From an uncultured Acidobacteriota bacterium (lineage in GTDB: Bacteria; Acidobacteriota; Thermoanaerobaculia; Gp7-AA8): a stretch of 64,000 nucleotides of DNA. The position numbers and the translations under genes are program-made. The stretch covers positions 1 through 64,000 of the forward strand of contig CAVUKB010000007.1 of assembly GCA_963741955.1 (NCBI GenBank), given 5' to 3'. Below are positions 31,001-40,412 of the stretch, piece after piece. The notes under the pieces are model-generated. The model had not been told where the DNA came from and ran no database searches. It saw only the letters and a program-made list of their open reading frames with translations. Each line of letters opens with the position of its first letter. The first letter of the stretch is position 1.

Positions 31001-31786
31001 GTACGGACCATCGCCATCGACATTCCGAACGTTCAGGGAATCCGGACCGATCCATGGACGAAGTACCTCACCACGGTACGATCGATCGAGGACCGTACCG
31101 GGTACGACTTCTTCTCCAACGTTCCGGAGATCGTCCAGAACAGCATCGAGGAAGGGGTGAACGGCGCGAATCCGCCGGGAGTCGCGGATCAGACCGAGAC
31201 CGTCGAAGCGGGAACCGCGACGCCGCTGCTCCTGATGGCGGTCTCGCCGAATGACGGACCACTGACGTACTCGATCCTGACGGAGCCGGCTCATGGTGAG
31301 CTCACCGGCGCCAGCTCCGAGGCGACTCACACCTACACCCCGGCGACGTGGTTCGTCGGTGAAGACGCGTTCACATTCCGCGTCAGTGACGGGACGAGCG
31401 ATTCGATCCCCGCGACGGTCCACCTCGACGTGGTCGATACGACTGCGCCGGTGATCTCGACCCTCGTGCCGAGTCTCACTCGCCTCTGGCCGGTCAACCA
31501 CAAGATGGTCGGCGTGACGCTGGAGTACTCGGTGACCGATCTCGGAGACGATTCGCCGGTCTGTTCGCTGCACGTCATGAGCAACGAATCGCCGGACGGG
31601 ACGGGCGACGGTACGACCTCTCCCGACTGGGAGGTCACGGATGCCCATCACCTCCTGCTGCGGGCCGAGCGTGCCGGAACGGGCAACGGCCGGGTCTACA
31701 CGATCGGCGCGGAGTGCGCAGATCGGTTCGGAAATCTCTCGACCAGCGACGAAGTGACGGTCACCGTCCCGAAGTCGCTGGATTGA
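28031..31786 (+). CDS. Secreted DNA/RNA non-specific endonuclease with three lamin-tail domains and Ig-like domains
   Basis: Signal peptide; three VVISQ(V/I)YGGGGNSGA..NDF(V/I)EL repeats; nuclease DRGHMCPSADR and NMVPQSPDNNQGPW; C-terminal LWPVNHKM domain. Confidence 0.92.
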   Translation: MTIRFLNAIRALLLLAIFVTATTAHASSDVVISQVYGGGGNSGATYRNDFVELFNRGTSTVDLTGWSVQYASSSGSSWQVTPLAGSIAPGHYYLVQENAGSGGSVNLPAPDATGGISMSASSGKVALAASASPLAGTCPSVVDFVGFGSANCFEGAAATPGLSNTTAAFRNEDGCADTDDNTGDFSTGSPSPRNSASPVHSCGAVVPSPPTGIGQADPNSVSPGAVTLLTVTVTAGTLPPSTGITVAADLGSIGGVSSQPFYDDGTHGDITAADGTYSFAAHVASSTPLGATSLPVQIGDAEGRSSTTTIDFSVDSPTLAPGTVVISQIYGGGGNSGATLKNDFIELFNRSDSPVDLNGWSVQYINSSGSFDGAMTLLSGVIEPHGYFLIQEAQGTGGTLDLPTPDLSGAIAMGAGGGKIALVASAAALSGACPTGGGIIDFAGYGNANCSETTSIGNLSNTTAAFRKSGGCKETNDNAHDFFVAAPAPRNSSTPVNDCSTVEPPSAPHVVISQIYGGGGNSGAVYSNDFVELYNPTAAAVDLENWSIQYASSTGNTWGSNSQPLGGVIEPGGYFLIELGAGAGGGTPVPSPRIVSDINMSASSGKLALVRRVEGLTGNCPIGDPFLVDFIGYGSADCYEGGLNAPSLNNSQSLLRANGGETDTDQNSDDFTRGTPDPRGSGALVDLAPRITGVDPSGADAPFDASVTINFSEPVMVTGPWFTIGCSSSGPHSDVEVASAFSASTWILTPNVTLIPGELCTVHVVGGLITDLDGAPQNLPSDVEWTFTVATGTPVETAGVHLTMGIPSNASLDDPDDYLMEKPEFALSYNRDRGTANWVSWHLSDEWTSGGSGGRTDTFRPDPALTREWYRVLQTDYAGSGFDRGHMCPSADRTADIPVNQATFLMANMVPQSPDNNQGPWEQFESDLRALLPGNEIYIVSGPEGIGGSGSNGYAETIAGGHVTVPSSTWKVALVLPKMNGDDVSRVTAAVRTIAIDIPNVQGIRTDPWTKYLTTVRSIEDRTGYDFFSNVPEIVQNSIEEGVNGANPPGVADQTETVEAGTATPLLLMAVSPNDGPLTYSILTEPAHGELTGASSEATHTYTPATWFVGEDAFTFRVSDGTSDSIPATVHLDVVDTTAPVISTLVPSLTRLWPVNHKMVGVTLEYSVTDLGDDSPVCSLHVMSNESPDGTGDGTTSPDWEVTDAHHLLLRAERAGTGNGRVYTIGAECADRFGNLSTSDEVTVTVPKSLD

Positions 31787-31821
31787 CGTTTCGCTGATCC
31801 GGCGATCATGGATCCGCACCG

Positions 31822-32650
31822 CTCGGGAACCTTGCAGGTTGAGGGGTGCGGATCCTCCGATCCGCGGCGAGAATCGCGTTCGAGCGCAATGAGACGGCGC
31901 TGTCGGCTGAGGCGAAGCCGCTCTCGCGAGACTCGCGCACTCCACCGACGCTGCGCGCAACGCGACAGTCTCCGTCTTCCTCGGCTTCGACACGATCGTC
32001 GCCACTCGGGACCCCCGCAGATTGAGGGGTGCAGATCCTCCGATCTGCCGCGGACGTGGTGTTCGAGCGCAATGAGACGGCGCTGTCGGCTGAGGCGAAG
32101 CCGCTCTCGCGAGACTCGCGCATTCCACCGACGCTGCGCGCAACGGGACAGTCTCCGTCTTCCTCGGCTTCGACATGATCGTCGCCACTCGGGACCCCCG
32201 CAGATTGAGGGGTGCAGATCCTCCGATCTGCCGCGGACGTGGTGTTCGAGCGCAATGAGACGGCGCTGTCGGCTGAGGCGAAGCCGCTCTCGCGAGACTC
32301 GCGCATTCCACCGACGCTGCGCGCAACGGGACAGTCTCCGTCTTCCTCGGCTTCGACATGATCGTCGCCACTCGGGACCCCCGCAGATTGAGGGGTGCAG
32401 ATCCTCCGATCTGCCGCGGACGTGGTGTTCGAGCGCAATGAGACGGCGCTGTCGGCTGAGGCGAAGCCGCTCTCGCGAGACTCGCGCATTCCACCGACGC
32501 TGCGCGCAACGGGACAGTCTCCGTCTTCCTCGGCTTCGACATGATCGTCGCGGCGGATCAGAGGATCCGCACCCCCTCGGGGTCCCTGCAGGTTGACCCC
32601 CGAATTCCACCGACGCTGCGCGCAACGCCGCGGTCTCCGTCTTCCTCGGC
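31822..32650. repeat. 183-bp tandem repeat, four copies plus a degenerate partial
   Basis: Unit starts CTCGGG at 31822, 32005, 32188 and 32371. Confidence 0.95.
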
Positions 32651-32795
32651 TCCCCTCGCGCGGAGTCGGCCGCGGGCGGGCTTTCCGAGGAGGAATCACG
32701 AACCCGCCGATCGCGAACTGGTCCGCAATTCGCATCGGCTCTGTCCGCCAGCCGGAACGTCAACACCTAAATCCGCCGTCGAACAGGAGCGTCGA

Positions 32796-35081
32796 ATGAG
32801 CACCGTCGAACCGCAAGCGCCCTCTCTCCCGGAGTTCGAAAAAGAAGTCGCCGAAACGCAGGAATGGCTCGACAGCCCCCGCTTCCGGGAGATCACCCGT
32901 CTCTACTCCGCACGACAGGTCGTCGAGCAGCGCGGCACGATCCGCACGGAATACAGCGTCGCTCGCGACGCCGCGGTTGCTTTTTACGACCGCCTCCGCG
33001 AGCTCTTCCGCGAAAAGAAAGCGGTCACCACGTTCGGTCCCTATTCGCCCGGACAGGCGGTCGCCTTGAAGCGCATCGGAATCGAGGCGATTTACCTCGG
33101 CGGTTGGGCGACGTCGGCCAAGGGCTCGACCCACGAAGATCCCGGACCCGATCTCGCCAGCTATCCCCTCAGTCAGGTCCCGGATGAGGCAGCGGTTCTG
33201 GTCCGCGCGCTCCTCGCGGCGGACCGCAACCAGCAGTTCCTTCGGTCGCGGATGAGCGAACAGCAACGGGCCAAGACGCCGGTCTACGATTTCCGCCCGT
33301 TCATCATCGCCGATGCAGATACGGGACACGGAGGCGATCCGCACGTACGGAATCTCGTGCGGCGCTTCGTCGAGGCAGGGGTGTCCGGGTACCACATCGA
33401 GGACCAGCGGCCGGGGACGAAAAAGTGCGGACATCAGGGGGGGAAGGTCCTGGTCGGATCGGACGAACAGATCAAGCGCCTGAACGCGGCGCGCTTTCAG
33501 CTCGACGTGATGCGCGTCCCTGGAATCATCGTGGCGCGAACGGATGCCGAAGCGGCGACTCTCATCGACAGCCGCGGAGACGAGCGCGATCAGCCGTTCA
33601 TCCTCGGCGCGACGAACGTGAACCTTCCCGCGTACAAGGCTGCGTTTCTCGCGCTGATGCGCCGGTTCCACTCACTCGGGGTGAAAGAACTGAACGGGTT
33701 CATGCTCTACGAACCGTCGGATGAAGAGATGCGGGACGCCGACGAGTGGCTCGAGCGGACCGGTCTGGCCGCCGAGGCGAAGGGAGCCATCGATCGGATC
33801 ACCCGGAATGAAGGTTTCTCGGTCGATGCGCTCTTCGACAGCGTTGCGTCGCATCTGATCGAGATCTGGGAGGCGGAGGCGGGGCTCGAGACGTACAGCG
33901 AGGCGGTTGCGGACGTACTCGAGTTCCAGCAGAGCGAAGGCGAACCGATCGAGATGACGCCGGAGGAATGGCGGATCTACGCGTCGCGCGCGTCTCTCTA
34001 CGCGGCCCGGAAGACGGCGCGCTCGCTCGGAGTGAACATCGTCTGGAACTGCGAGCACGCGAAGACGCCGGACGGCTACTACCAGGTCCGTGGCGGAATC
34101 GAGTACGCCATCGCGAAGTCACTGGCTGTCGCCCCCTTCTCCGACATTCTCTGGATGGAAACGAAGACGGCGGATCTCGCCGACGCGAAGAGATTCGCGG
34201 ACGCGATCCACGCGCGGTTCCCGGACAAAATGCTCGCCTACAATCTCTCGCCCTCCTTCAACTGGGATTCCACCGGAATGACTGATGACGACATGCGGGC
34301 GTTCCCCGGTGAGCTCGGTAAGATGGGATTCGTCTTCAACTTCATCACCTATGGTGGCCATCAGATCGACGGACTGGCGGCAGAGGAGTTCGCGACCGCG
34401 CTGCGGCAGGACGGGATGCTCGCGCTCGCGAGGCTGCAGCGGAAGTTCCGGCTGGTCGAGTCGCCGTACCGCACGCCCCAGACGCTGGTCGGCGGCCCCC
34501 GTCTCGATGCCGCGCTCGCCGCATCGTCCGGCCGGACCGCCACCACGAAGGCGATGGGGAAAGGATCGACGCAGCACCAGCATCTGATCCAGACCGAAGT
34601 CCCGAAGAAGCTGCTCGAGGAGTGGCTCGGAATGTGGGCCGACTACTACCAGCTGCGAGGACCTCTCACCGTGGATCTGAGGCCGCAGCGGGCGGGGTCA
34701 GAGCTTCTGGAGCTGGCCATCGTGCGCAGCGACGAGAAGGAGGCGAACGTCATCTTCGCACCGATCCTGGACCGGCGGGAACGGACGATTCTTTCCGTAC
34801 GCGACCAGAACACGTTCGACGAAGAGCTTCGAAGAAAGCGGCTGATGACGCTGATCCACCTCTTCCTGATCCACCGCTACAAAGCCGAGTCGGTGCACTA
34901 CGTCACTCCGACCGAGGACAACCAGTACCAGACCTCGAAGATGAAGTCGCACGGGATCTTCAGCCAGGTGAACACGGAGGTGGGACAGATCATCGTTGCG
35001 GATGTGAATCACCCGCGGATCGCCGAGCTCCTCGCGCCGGACCGCGAAGCTCTGTGGAAGTTGATCCGGAAAGAGGGGTAG
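32796..35081 (+). CDS. aceA: Isocitrate lyase, long ICL2 type
   Basis: [21 protein letters not shown] and [10 protein letters not shown]; about 760 aa with a C-terminal extension; AGGAG RBS. Confidence 0.95.
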   Translation: MSTVEPQAPSLPEFEKEVAETQEWLDSPRFREITRLYSARQVVEQRGTIRTEYSVARDAAVAFYDRLRELFREKKAVTTFGPYSPGQAVALKRIGIEAIYLGGWATSAKGSTHEDPGPDLASYPLSQVPDEAAVLVRALLAADRNQQFLRSRMSEQQRAKTPVYDFRPFIIADADTGHGGDPHVRNLVRRFVEAGVSGYHIEDQRPGTKKCGHQGGKVLVGSDEQIKRLNAARFQLDVMRVPGIIVARTDAEAATLIDSRGDERDQPFILGATNVNLPAYKAAFLALMRRFHSLGVKELNGFMLYEPSDEEMRDADEWLERTGLAAEAKGAIDRITRNEGFSVDALFDSVASHLIEIWEAEAGLETYSEAVADVLEFQQSEGEPIEMTPEEWRIYASRASLYAARKTARSLGVNIVWNCEHAKTPDGYYQVRGGIEYAIAKSLAVAPFSDILWMETKTADLADAKRFADAIHARFPDKMLAYNLSPSFNWDSTGMTDDDMRAFPGELGKMGFVFNFITYGGHQIDGLAAEEFATALRQDGMLALARLQRKFRLVESPYRTPQTLVGGPRLDAALAASSGRTATTKAMGKGSTQHQHLIQTEVPKKLLEEWLGMWADYYQLRGPLTVDLRPQRAGSELLELAIVRSDEKEANVIFAPILDRRERTILSVRDQNTFDEELRRKRLMTLIHLFLIHRYKAESVHYVTPTEDNQYQTSKMKSHGIFSQVNTEVGQIIVADVNHPRIAELLAPDREALWKLIRKEG

Positions 35082-35262
35082 ACGAGATTTCGCCACGACG
35101 GCGTCTGCCGTCTCGGGATCCTCACGGGCTCAGCGATCAGCCTGAGACCACCGGATAGCGCGGCCGATTGAAGTGTGCCACACTTATCTCCGATCCGAAA
35201 AGACATCGAAGCGGCCGTGAACCAGGGGAGGTGCGACCAGCCGCTCCTCCCCTGGAATGATT

Positions 35263-36093
35263 TCATTCGGCACCCGGAACGATGACGGTGACGTGCTGAG
35301 TGATGTCACTCGTCACCGTCATCATTGTCCAGTAAGGCACATCCCCGTCGGGTGGTATCACTTCGATGCCTGCATCGTCCGGGATCACGCCAGCGGGCAA
35401 ATCACCTGTCAGATCGTAACTCGCGGCATACCACGGGAAACTCGAATCCGCATCGCTATCGCAGTGCGAGCCGTCGGCCCAAGTCCACGGTAAGGTCATG
35501 CTGCTGATCGTGCTACCGTCCTTGGTCTTGAATAACCTCACTCTGAACGTTCGCACATCGTCGCAGAAACGTTCTGTGAACCGGTAGATTCGGATGGACA
35601 GTCGGAAGCCCGAGGTCAACGGGATAGGTGCGAACCAGGTAGCCCCGCGGCGAACGTCGCGGGAACGAACGACCGGAATCGAGGTCCCCCACGTCGTTTC
35701 GGCGCGCGAGGAGTCGCGTACGCCCAACGAGAACGAGACCTGTGCGGCCACGTCAGCATTCACGTACAAGAGGCGCGATGGGAGGGCGAATGCGAAATCG
35801 CGGTTGTCCGGATGGAGCTCCTCGGCCGCTCCGGGAGCGAGCAGACGGTCGTGCCCGCAGGGAATCGAGGCTCCACAATCGATGACTTCTCCGCTTACCT
35901 CGAAGTAGAGCGACAAGGCTCGCTCGAGCCCATTCGTTACCCACAAGTGCGAACTCCAGTTCGAGCCAAATGCCCCGGGAACGTCATAATATACGGCAGG
36001 GACCAGTATCACTTCCCTGGGTGGATCAGCGGCAATACTCTTCGTGGCCACACAGGCCAGGCAAAGAGCAGCCAAGACGATACGGAAACTCAT
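35263..36093 (-). CDS. Secreted hypothetical protein
   Basis: Signal peptide MSFRIVLAALCLA; VPGAFGSNWSSHLWVTN; AGGAGG RBS. Confidence 0.7.
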   Translation of the reverse strand: MSFRIVLAALCLACVATKSIAADPPREVILVPAVYYDVPGAFGSNWSSHLWVTNGLERALSLYFEVSGEVIDCGASIPCGHDRLLAPGAAEELHPDNRDFAFALPSRLLYVNADVAAQVSFSLGVRDSSRAETTWGTSIPVVRSRDVRRGATWFAPIPLTSGFRLSIRIYRFTERFCDDVRTFRVRLFKTKDGSTISSMTLPWTWADGSHCDSDADSSFPWYAASYDLTGDLPAGVIPDDAGIEVIPPDGDVPYWTMMTVTSDITQHVTVIVPGAE

Positions 36094-36701
36094 GAGCCTA
36101 CCTCCTGATCGCATGGCCTCGTTCTCGCGAGCTTGATCTGGCCGGCGTGAAGAGGGTCGCCGGTATTCACCAACACCTGTGAGTACGTGAGAAGTTGGCT
36201 CCACACGTCGCCGGGGCTGAGGTTCGGATCGTGTGCATACGGAACGGCGACGGTGGTGTGGCGGAACTCGGGGAGGTATTTCCATACCGGATCGGAGATG
36301 ACCAGCTTCCCGTCCTCCTCGAGCATCATCACGCCGACGCTGACGATCGCTTTCGTCTGGGACGCGATCCGGAACATCGAATCATCGCGCATCGGCACGC
36401 GCGCTTCGCGATCCCGTGCGCCGAACGTGTCGAGGAAGGCGATCTTCCCGTGCCGGGCCACCAGGATTACCCCGCCCGGGAGCCGGTCCTCCCGGACGTA
36501 GCGTTCCATCGTCGAGTGGAGTCGTTGCAGCCTTTCCGTGGAGAGCCCGACGCTCTCCGGTGTGGCCCGATCGAACGAGCTTCTCCCGGCCGTTTGTGCC
36601 GTCGCGAGCGACGCGACGAGAACGATCGAGACAGCGAGAAGGGTGGCCGCCGAAGCGACTCGGCGTCGAGAGCAGTCGAGGTTTTTCGGTTTCATCTTCA
36701 T
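36090..36701 (-). pseudogene. Truncated serine hydrolase (class C beta-lactamase family)
   Basis: PESVGLS, MFRIASQTK (SxxK) and DPVWKYLPEF, then homology stops; no LLTHTSG or YxN region. Confidence 0.75.
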
Positions 36702-36943
36702 CTCCGGACGAGCAGCGATCACGAGATATCTGAACGACTGCCAACTTACTCCCCCGATCGGAGGCGAGGCAATCACGGGAATCTCTGTTACGTCTTCGCA
36801 ACACCATTGACGGAGAAAGGCCGACGGCCCGGACGGCCCGTCGCCCTGTGCCTCGCGTCACAGTTTCGCCCGATTCGCCAACGATAGAGTCCTCCCGTAA
36901 GAGTGCCCGGATCCCGAACGATCCGGAGAGGAGACGTCCTTCA

Positions 36944-38227
36944 ATGGCTGCCAACAACAACGCTTTCGTCACCGCGCAACGCCAGTTCGACCGGGTCGCC
37001 GACATGCTGGAGCTCGACGCTTCCACCCGTGCGCTCCTTCGCTGGCCTCTGCGCGAATATCACTTCGCCGTTCCGGTTCGCATGGACGACGGGAAAGTCG
37101 AGATCTTCCGCGGCTTCCGCGTACAGCACAACGACGCCCGTGGCCCGGGGAAGGGCGGCATCCGCTTCCACCCCGCCGAGACCATCGACACGGTCCGCGC
37201 CCTGGCGATGTGGATGACGTGGAAGTGCGCCGTCGTCGACATCCCGCTCGGTGGGAGTAAAGGTGGGGTGATCGTCGACGCCCACAATCTCAGCGCCCGT
37301 GAGACCGAATCGCTCTGCCGCGGGTGGGTGCGGCAGATCGCCCGTGACATGGGTCCGTTCCGCGACGTTCCCGCCCCCGACGTGATGACCAATCCGCAGA
37401 ACATGCTTTGGATGCTCGACGAGTTCGAAGCGATCCATGGCGGACGGTTCCCCGGATTCATCACTGGAAAGCCCATCGGAATGGGCGGATCGCAGGGTCG
37501 GAAAGAGGCCACCGGGTACGGCGTGGTCTTCACCATCCGCGAAGCGCTCCGCGAGCTGAACATGGATCCGGAGAAGACCACCGCCAGCGTTCAGGGTTTC
37601 GGCAACGTCGCCCAATACGCGGTGGAGCTTCTCGGCAAGATCGGGGTGACTGTCCGCTGCGTTTCGAGCTGGGACCAGTCGGAGCAGAAGTCGTTCACCT
37701 TCCGTCGCGAGAGCGGCGTCGATTTCGCCGAGCTGCTGAAGATCACCAGCCCGTTCGGTGAGATCGACCGTGCGAAGGCGACGAAGCTCGGCTACGAGGT
37801 GCTTCCGGCCGAAGCCTGGATCGAGCAGGACGTCGATATCCTCGTTCCTGCGGCGCTCGAACATCAGATCACGGAAGAAAACGTAGGGAAGATCAGCGCC
37901 CGGGTCCGGATCATCGCCGAGGGAGCCAATGGCCCGACGACGATGGAAGCGGATGAAGCGCTCGCGAAGCGGGGGATCTTCCTGATCCCCGACTTCCTGG
38001 CCAACGCCGGTGGGGTGACCACCAGCTATTTCGAGCAGGTTCAGAGCAACATGAACTACTTCTGGGAGAAGGACGAGGTTCTCGCGCGCCTCGACACGAA
38101 GATGACCGCGGCGTTCCATGCGGTCCTCGACGTGGCGAAGAAGCGGAAGGTCTCCATGCGCGATGCGGCGTACATCATCTCCATCAGCAGAGTGGCGCAG
38201 GCCTGCCGCGATCGGGGCTGGGTGTAG
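36944..38227 (+). CDS. gdhA: Glu/Leu/Phe/Val dehydrogenase (glutamate dehydrogenase)
   Basis: RGPGKGGIRFH, GGSKGG, DVPAPDV, ITGKP, QGFGNV, EGANGPTT and ANAGGV motifs. Confidence 0.92.
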   Translation: MAANNNAFVTAQRQFDRVADMLELDASTRALLRWPLREYHFAVPVRMDDGKVEIFRGFRVQHNDARGPGKGGIRFHPAETIDTVRALAMWMTWKCAVVDIPLGGSKGGVIVDAHNLSARETESLCRGWVRQIARDMGPFRDVPAPDVMTNPQNMLWMLDEFEAIHGGRFPGFITGKPIGMGGSQGRKEATGYGVVFTIREALRELNMDPEKTTASVQGFGNVAQYAVELLGKIGVTVRCVSSWDQSEQKSFTFRRESGVDFAELLKITSPFGEIDRAKATKLGYEVLPAEAWIEQDVDILVPAALEHQITEENVGKISARVRIIAEGANGPTTMEADEALAKRGIFLIPDFLANAGGVTTSYFEQVQSNMNYFWEKDEVLARLDTKMTAAFHAVLDVAKKRKVSMRDAAYIISISRVAQACRDRGWV

Positions 38228-38244
38228 AAGAGAAGACGGTCCAG

Positions 38245-38403
38245 GAGTCTGCGCGGTAGAAACTGTCCTACTGCGAAAACGGATCAGCGGTCCAGATCCG
38301 TCCGGATTTTCGGCGAGTAGCCACCGCTACGCACCTCAAATTCGAACGAAGTTGGCCTCGCTGCTCCGCCTTCTCGCGACGGACGTTCCTACCGTGCAGA
38401 CTC
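38245..38403. mobile_element. MITE-B (159 bp) with IS1182-like terminal repeats
   Basis: GAGTCTGCGCGGTAG...CTACCGTGCAGACTC; second copy at 54518-54676; same terminus as the IS at 63044. Confidence 0.85.
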
Positions 38404-38582
38404 CTCGGCTCGCAAAGTTCCGGATTCGGAGCGAAGATGGGAAGCAGGAGCGGGCCGCGCGAGCGCGCGGTCCGTTCCGCCCCCTGAGCGTTCAGGCGAA
38501 GGGGAGGATTCGATCCGGGCTGAGATCGGAGTCGCCAAGGCGGACGGGTCCGGCTCCCTGAGAGAGCCCTCGAGAGGGCCGC

Positions 38583-40412
38583 ATGAAGAAGGTCACCGAT
38601 CAGGACGTGCTCGACGGGGTCAGGTCTTTCGACCGGACGTTCTTCGATCCCTCTGCACGTCTGAAGGTGATCGGCTCCGGTTCGCTCGGAGGGAAGGCCC
38701 AGGGGCTGGCTTTCGCGCGGATGGTTCTCGACTCCTCGTTTCCCCATGGCCGCTTCCCGCGAATCGAGGTCGGAATCCCAAGCATGACCGTCCTCCGCAC
38801 GGGGGTGTTCGACGCATTCGTCGAACGGAACGGCCTCGGGAAATTCAGGGACATTACGACCGAGAGTTCATCGGAAACCGCAACATCGCGCCTGACTCCC
38901 CCCTTCATCGGGATGAGAGATGAACCGGAATCGGCGGAACGGTCCGACGAGGAGATCGCACGCGCGTTTCAACGTGGCGACATGCCGGTGGAAGTGCTCG
39001 GCGACCTGCGCGCGCTCGTAGAGCAGGTGAAGACTCCTCTTGCGATCCGGTCGTCGAGTCTCCTGGAGGACGCACTCGGCGAGCCGTTCGCCGGCGTCTA
39101 CCAGACCAAGATGATCCCGAACAATCAGCCGAGTCCGGACGACCGCTTCCGGCCGCTGGTGGACGCGATCAAGCTGGTATGGGCCTCGACCTTCTTCAGC
39201 GGCGCACGCCGCTACCGCGCGGCCGCGGCCGACATTCGCGAAGAGAAGATGGCGGTGATCATCCAGGAAGTGGTCGGTGACCGCTACGACCAGCGCTTCT
39301 ACCCGTACGTCTCCGGCGTCGCTCGCTCGATCAACTACTATCCCACCGGGCGCGCGCGTCCCGAAGATGGCGTCGCGAATCTCGCCCTCGGTCTCGGCAA
39401 GACCATCGTGGACGGGTCGGTCTGCTGGACGTACTCGCCCGCGTTTCCCGCCGCCGCACCGCCGGTCGGGTCACCACTGGAGCTGGTGAAGACCACCCAG
39501 ACGAGCTTCTGGGCGGTGAACATGGGGAAGCCCCCGGCATACGATCCGATTCACGAGACGGAGTTCCTCGTGCAGCCGGGGCTCGACGACGCCGAGAACG
39601 ACGGATCACTCGACTGGGTCGCGTCGACGTTCGACGCGGCCGCGGGGAGGATCACTCCGGGGATCGGACGAAGCGGCCCGCGGGTGCTCGACTTCGCCAT
39701 GATCCTCGCCCTCCGCGAGCAGCCGCTGAACGACATCGTCCGCGAGCTCCTGACGCTCTTCGAGAAGTCACTGGAGGCCCCCGTGGAGATCGAGTTCGCG
39801 ATGAGCCTCGAGCCGGCTCGCTTCGGATTTCTCCAGGTCCGTCCGATGATGGTCTCCTCCGCGATCGTGGAGATCGACGAAGACGATCTCTTCGGTCCCG
39901 ATGTTCTGGTGGCTTCCGAGCGCGTTCTCGGAAACGGGGAGATCGAGACGATCCGCGACGTGGTCTACGTTCGTCCGGACCGTTTCGACGCGAAGGAGAC
40001 GCCCCGGATCGCTCTGGAGCTCGAGCAGATCGACCGGGTGGTATCACGAACCGGCGGGCCGTATCTTCTGATCGGGTTCGGACGATGGGGGAGCAGCGAT
40101 CCATGGCTCGGGATCCCGGTGAGCTGGCCGCAGATTGCGGGAGCACGGGCGATCGTCGAAGCGATGACCACGAGGATGAACGTCGATGCGAGTCAGGGAT
40201 CGCATTTTTTCCACAACCTGACCAGCTTTGGAGTTTCCTACTTCTCGATCTCCGCCCGCGGGCCGTACGCGATCGACTGGGAATGGCTCGAAAGGCAGAC
40301 TGCGGGAGAGGAAACTGAGCTCGTACGCCACGTCCGTCTCGATGCGCCGCTGACGGTGAAGGTTGACGGACGTACGGGGCGAGGGGTGATCATGAAGGGC
40401 GGAAGGCGATGA
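38583..40412 (+). CDS. PEP/pyruvate-binding (PPDK_N) domain protein
   Basis: GSLGGKAQGL, LAIRSSSLLED, FAGVY, LGLGKTIV, FLQVRP and GRWGSSDPWLG motifs. Confidence 0.88.
   Translation: MKKVTDQDVLDGVRSFDRTFFDPSARLKVIGSGSLGGKAQGLAFARMVLDSSFPHGRFPRIEVGIPSMTVLRTGVFDAFVERNGLGKFRDITTESSSETATSRLTPPFIGMRDEPESAERSDEEIARAFQRGDMPVEVLGDLRALVEQVKTPLAIRSSSLLEDALGEPFAGVYQTKMIPNNQPSPDDRFRPLVDAIKLVWASTFFSGARRYRAAAADIREEKMAVIIQEVVGDRYDQRFYPYVSGVARSINYYPTGRARPEDGVANLALGLGKTIVDGSVCWTYSPAFPAAAPPVGSPLELVKTTQTSFWAVNMGKPPAYDPIHETEFLVQPGLDDAENDGSLDWVASTFDAAAGRITPGIGRSGPRVLDFAMILALREQPLNDIVRELLTLFEKSLEAPVEIEFAMSLEPARFGFLQVRPMMVSSAIVEIDEDDLFGPDVLVASERVLGNGEIETIRDVVYVRPDRFDAKETPRIALELEQIDRVVSRTGGPYLLIGFGRWGSSDPWLGIPVSWPQIAGARAIVEAMTTRMNVDASQGSHFFHNLTSFGVSYFSISARGPYAIDWEWLERQTAGEETELVRHVRLDAPLTVKVDGRTGRGVIMKGGRR

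Noticed and set aside
29987-32795. Long ORFs crossing the 183-bp repeat, and the aceA N-terminal extension from 32541
   Set aside because: Frames stay open because the unit is GC-rich and a multiple of 3; aceA has a clear RBS and start at 32796.
38850-38940. Intein or mobile insert in the first PPDK_N gene
   Set aside because: Only about 30 low-complexity residues with no intein motifs and a weak IR; probably a variable loop.
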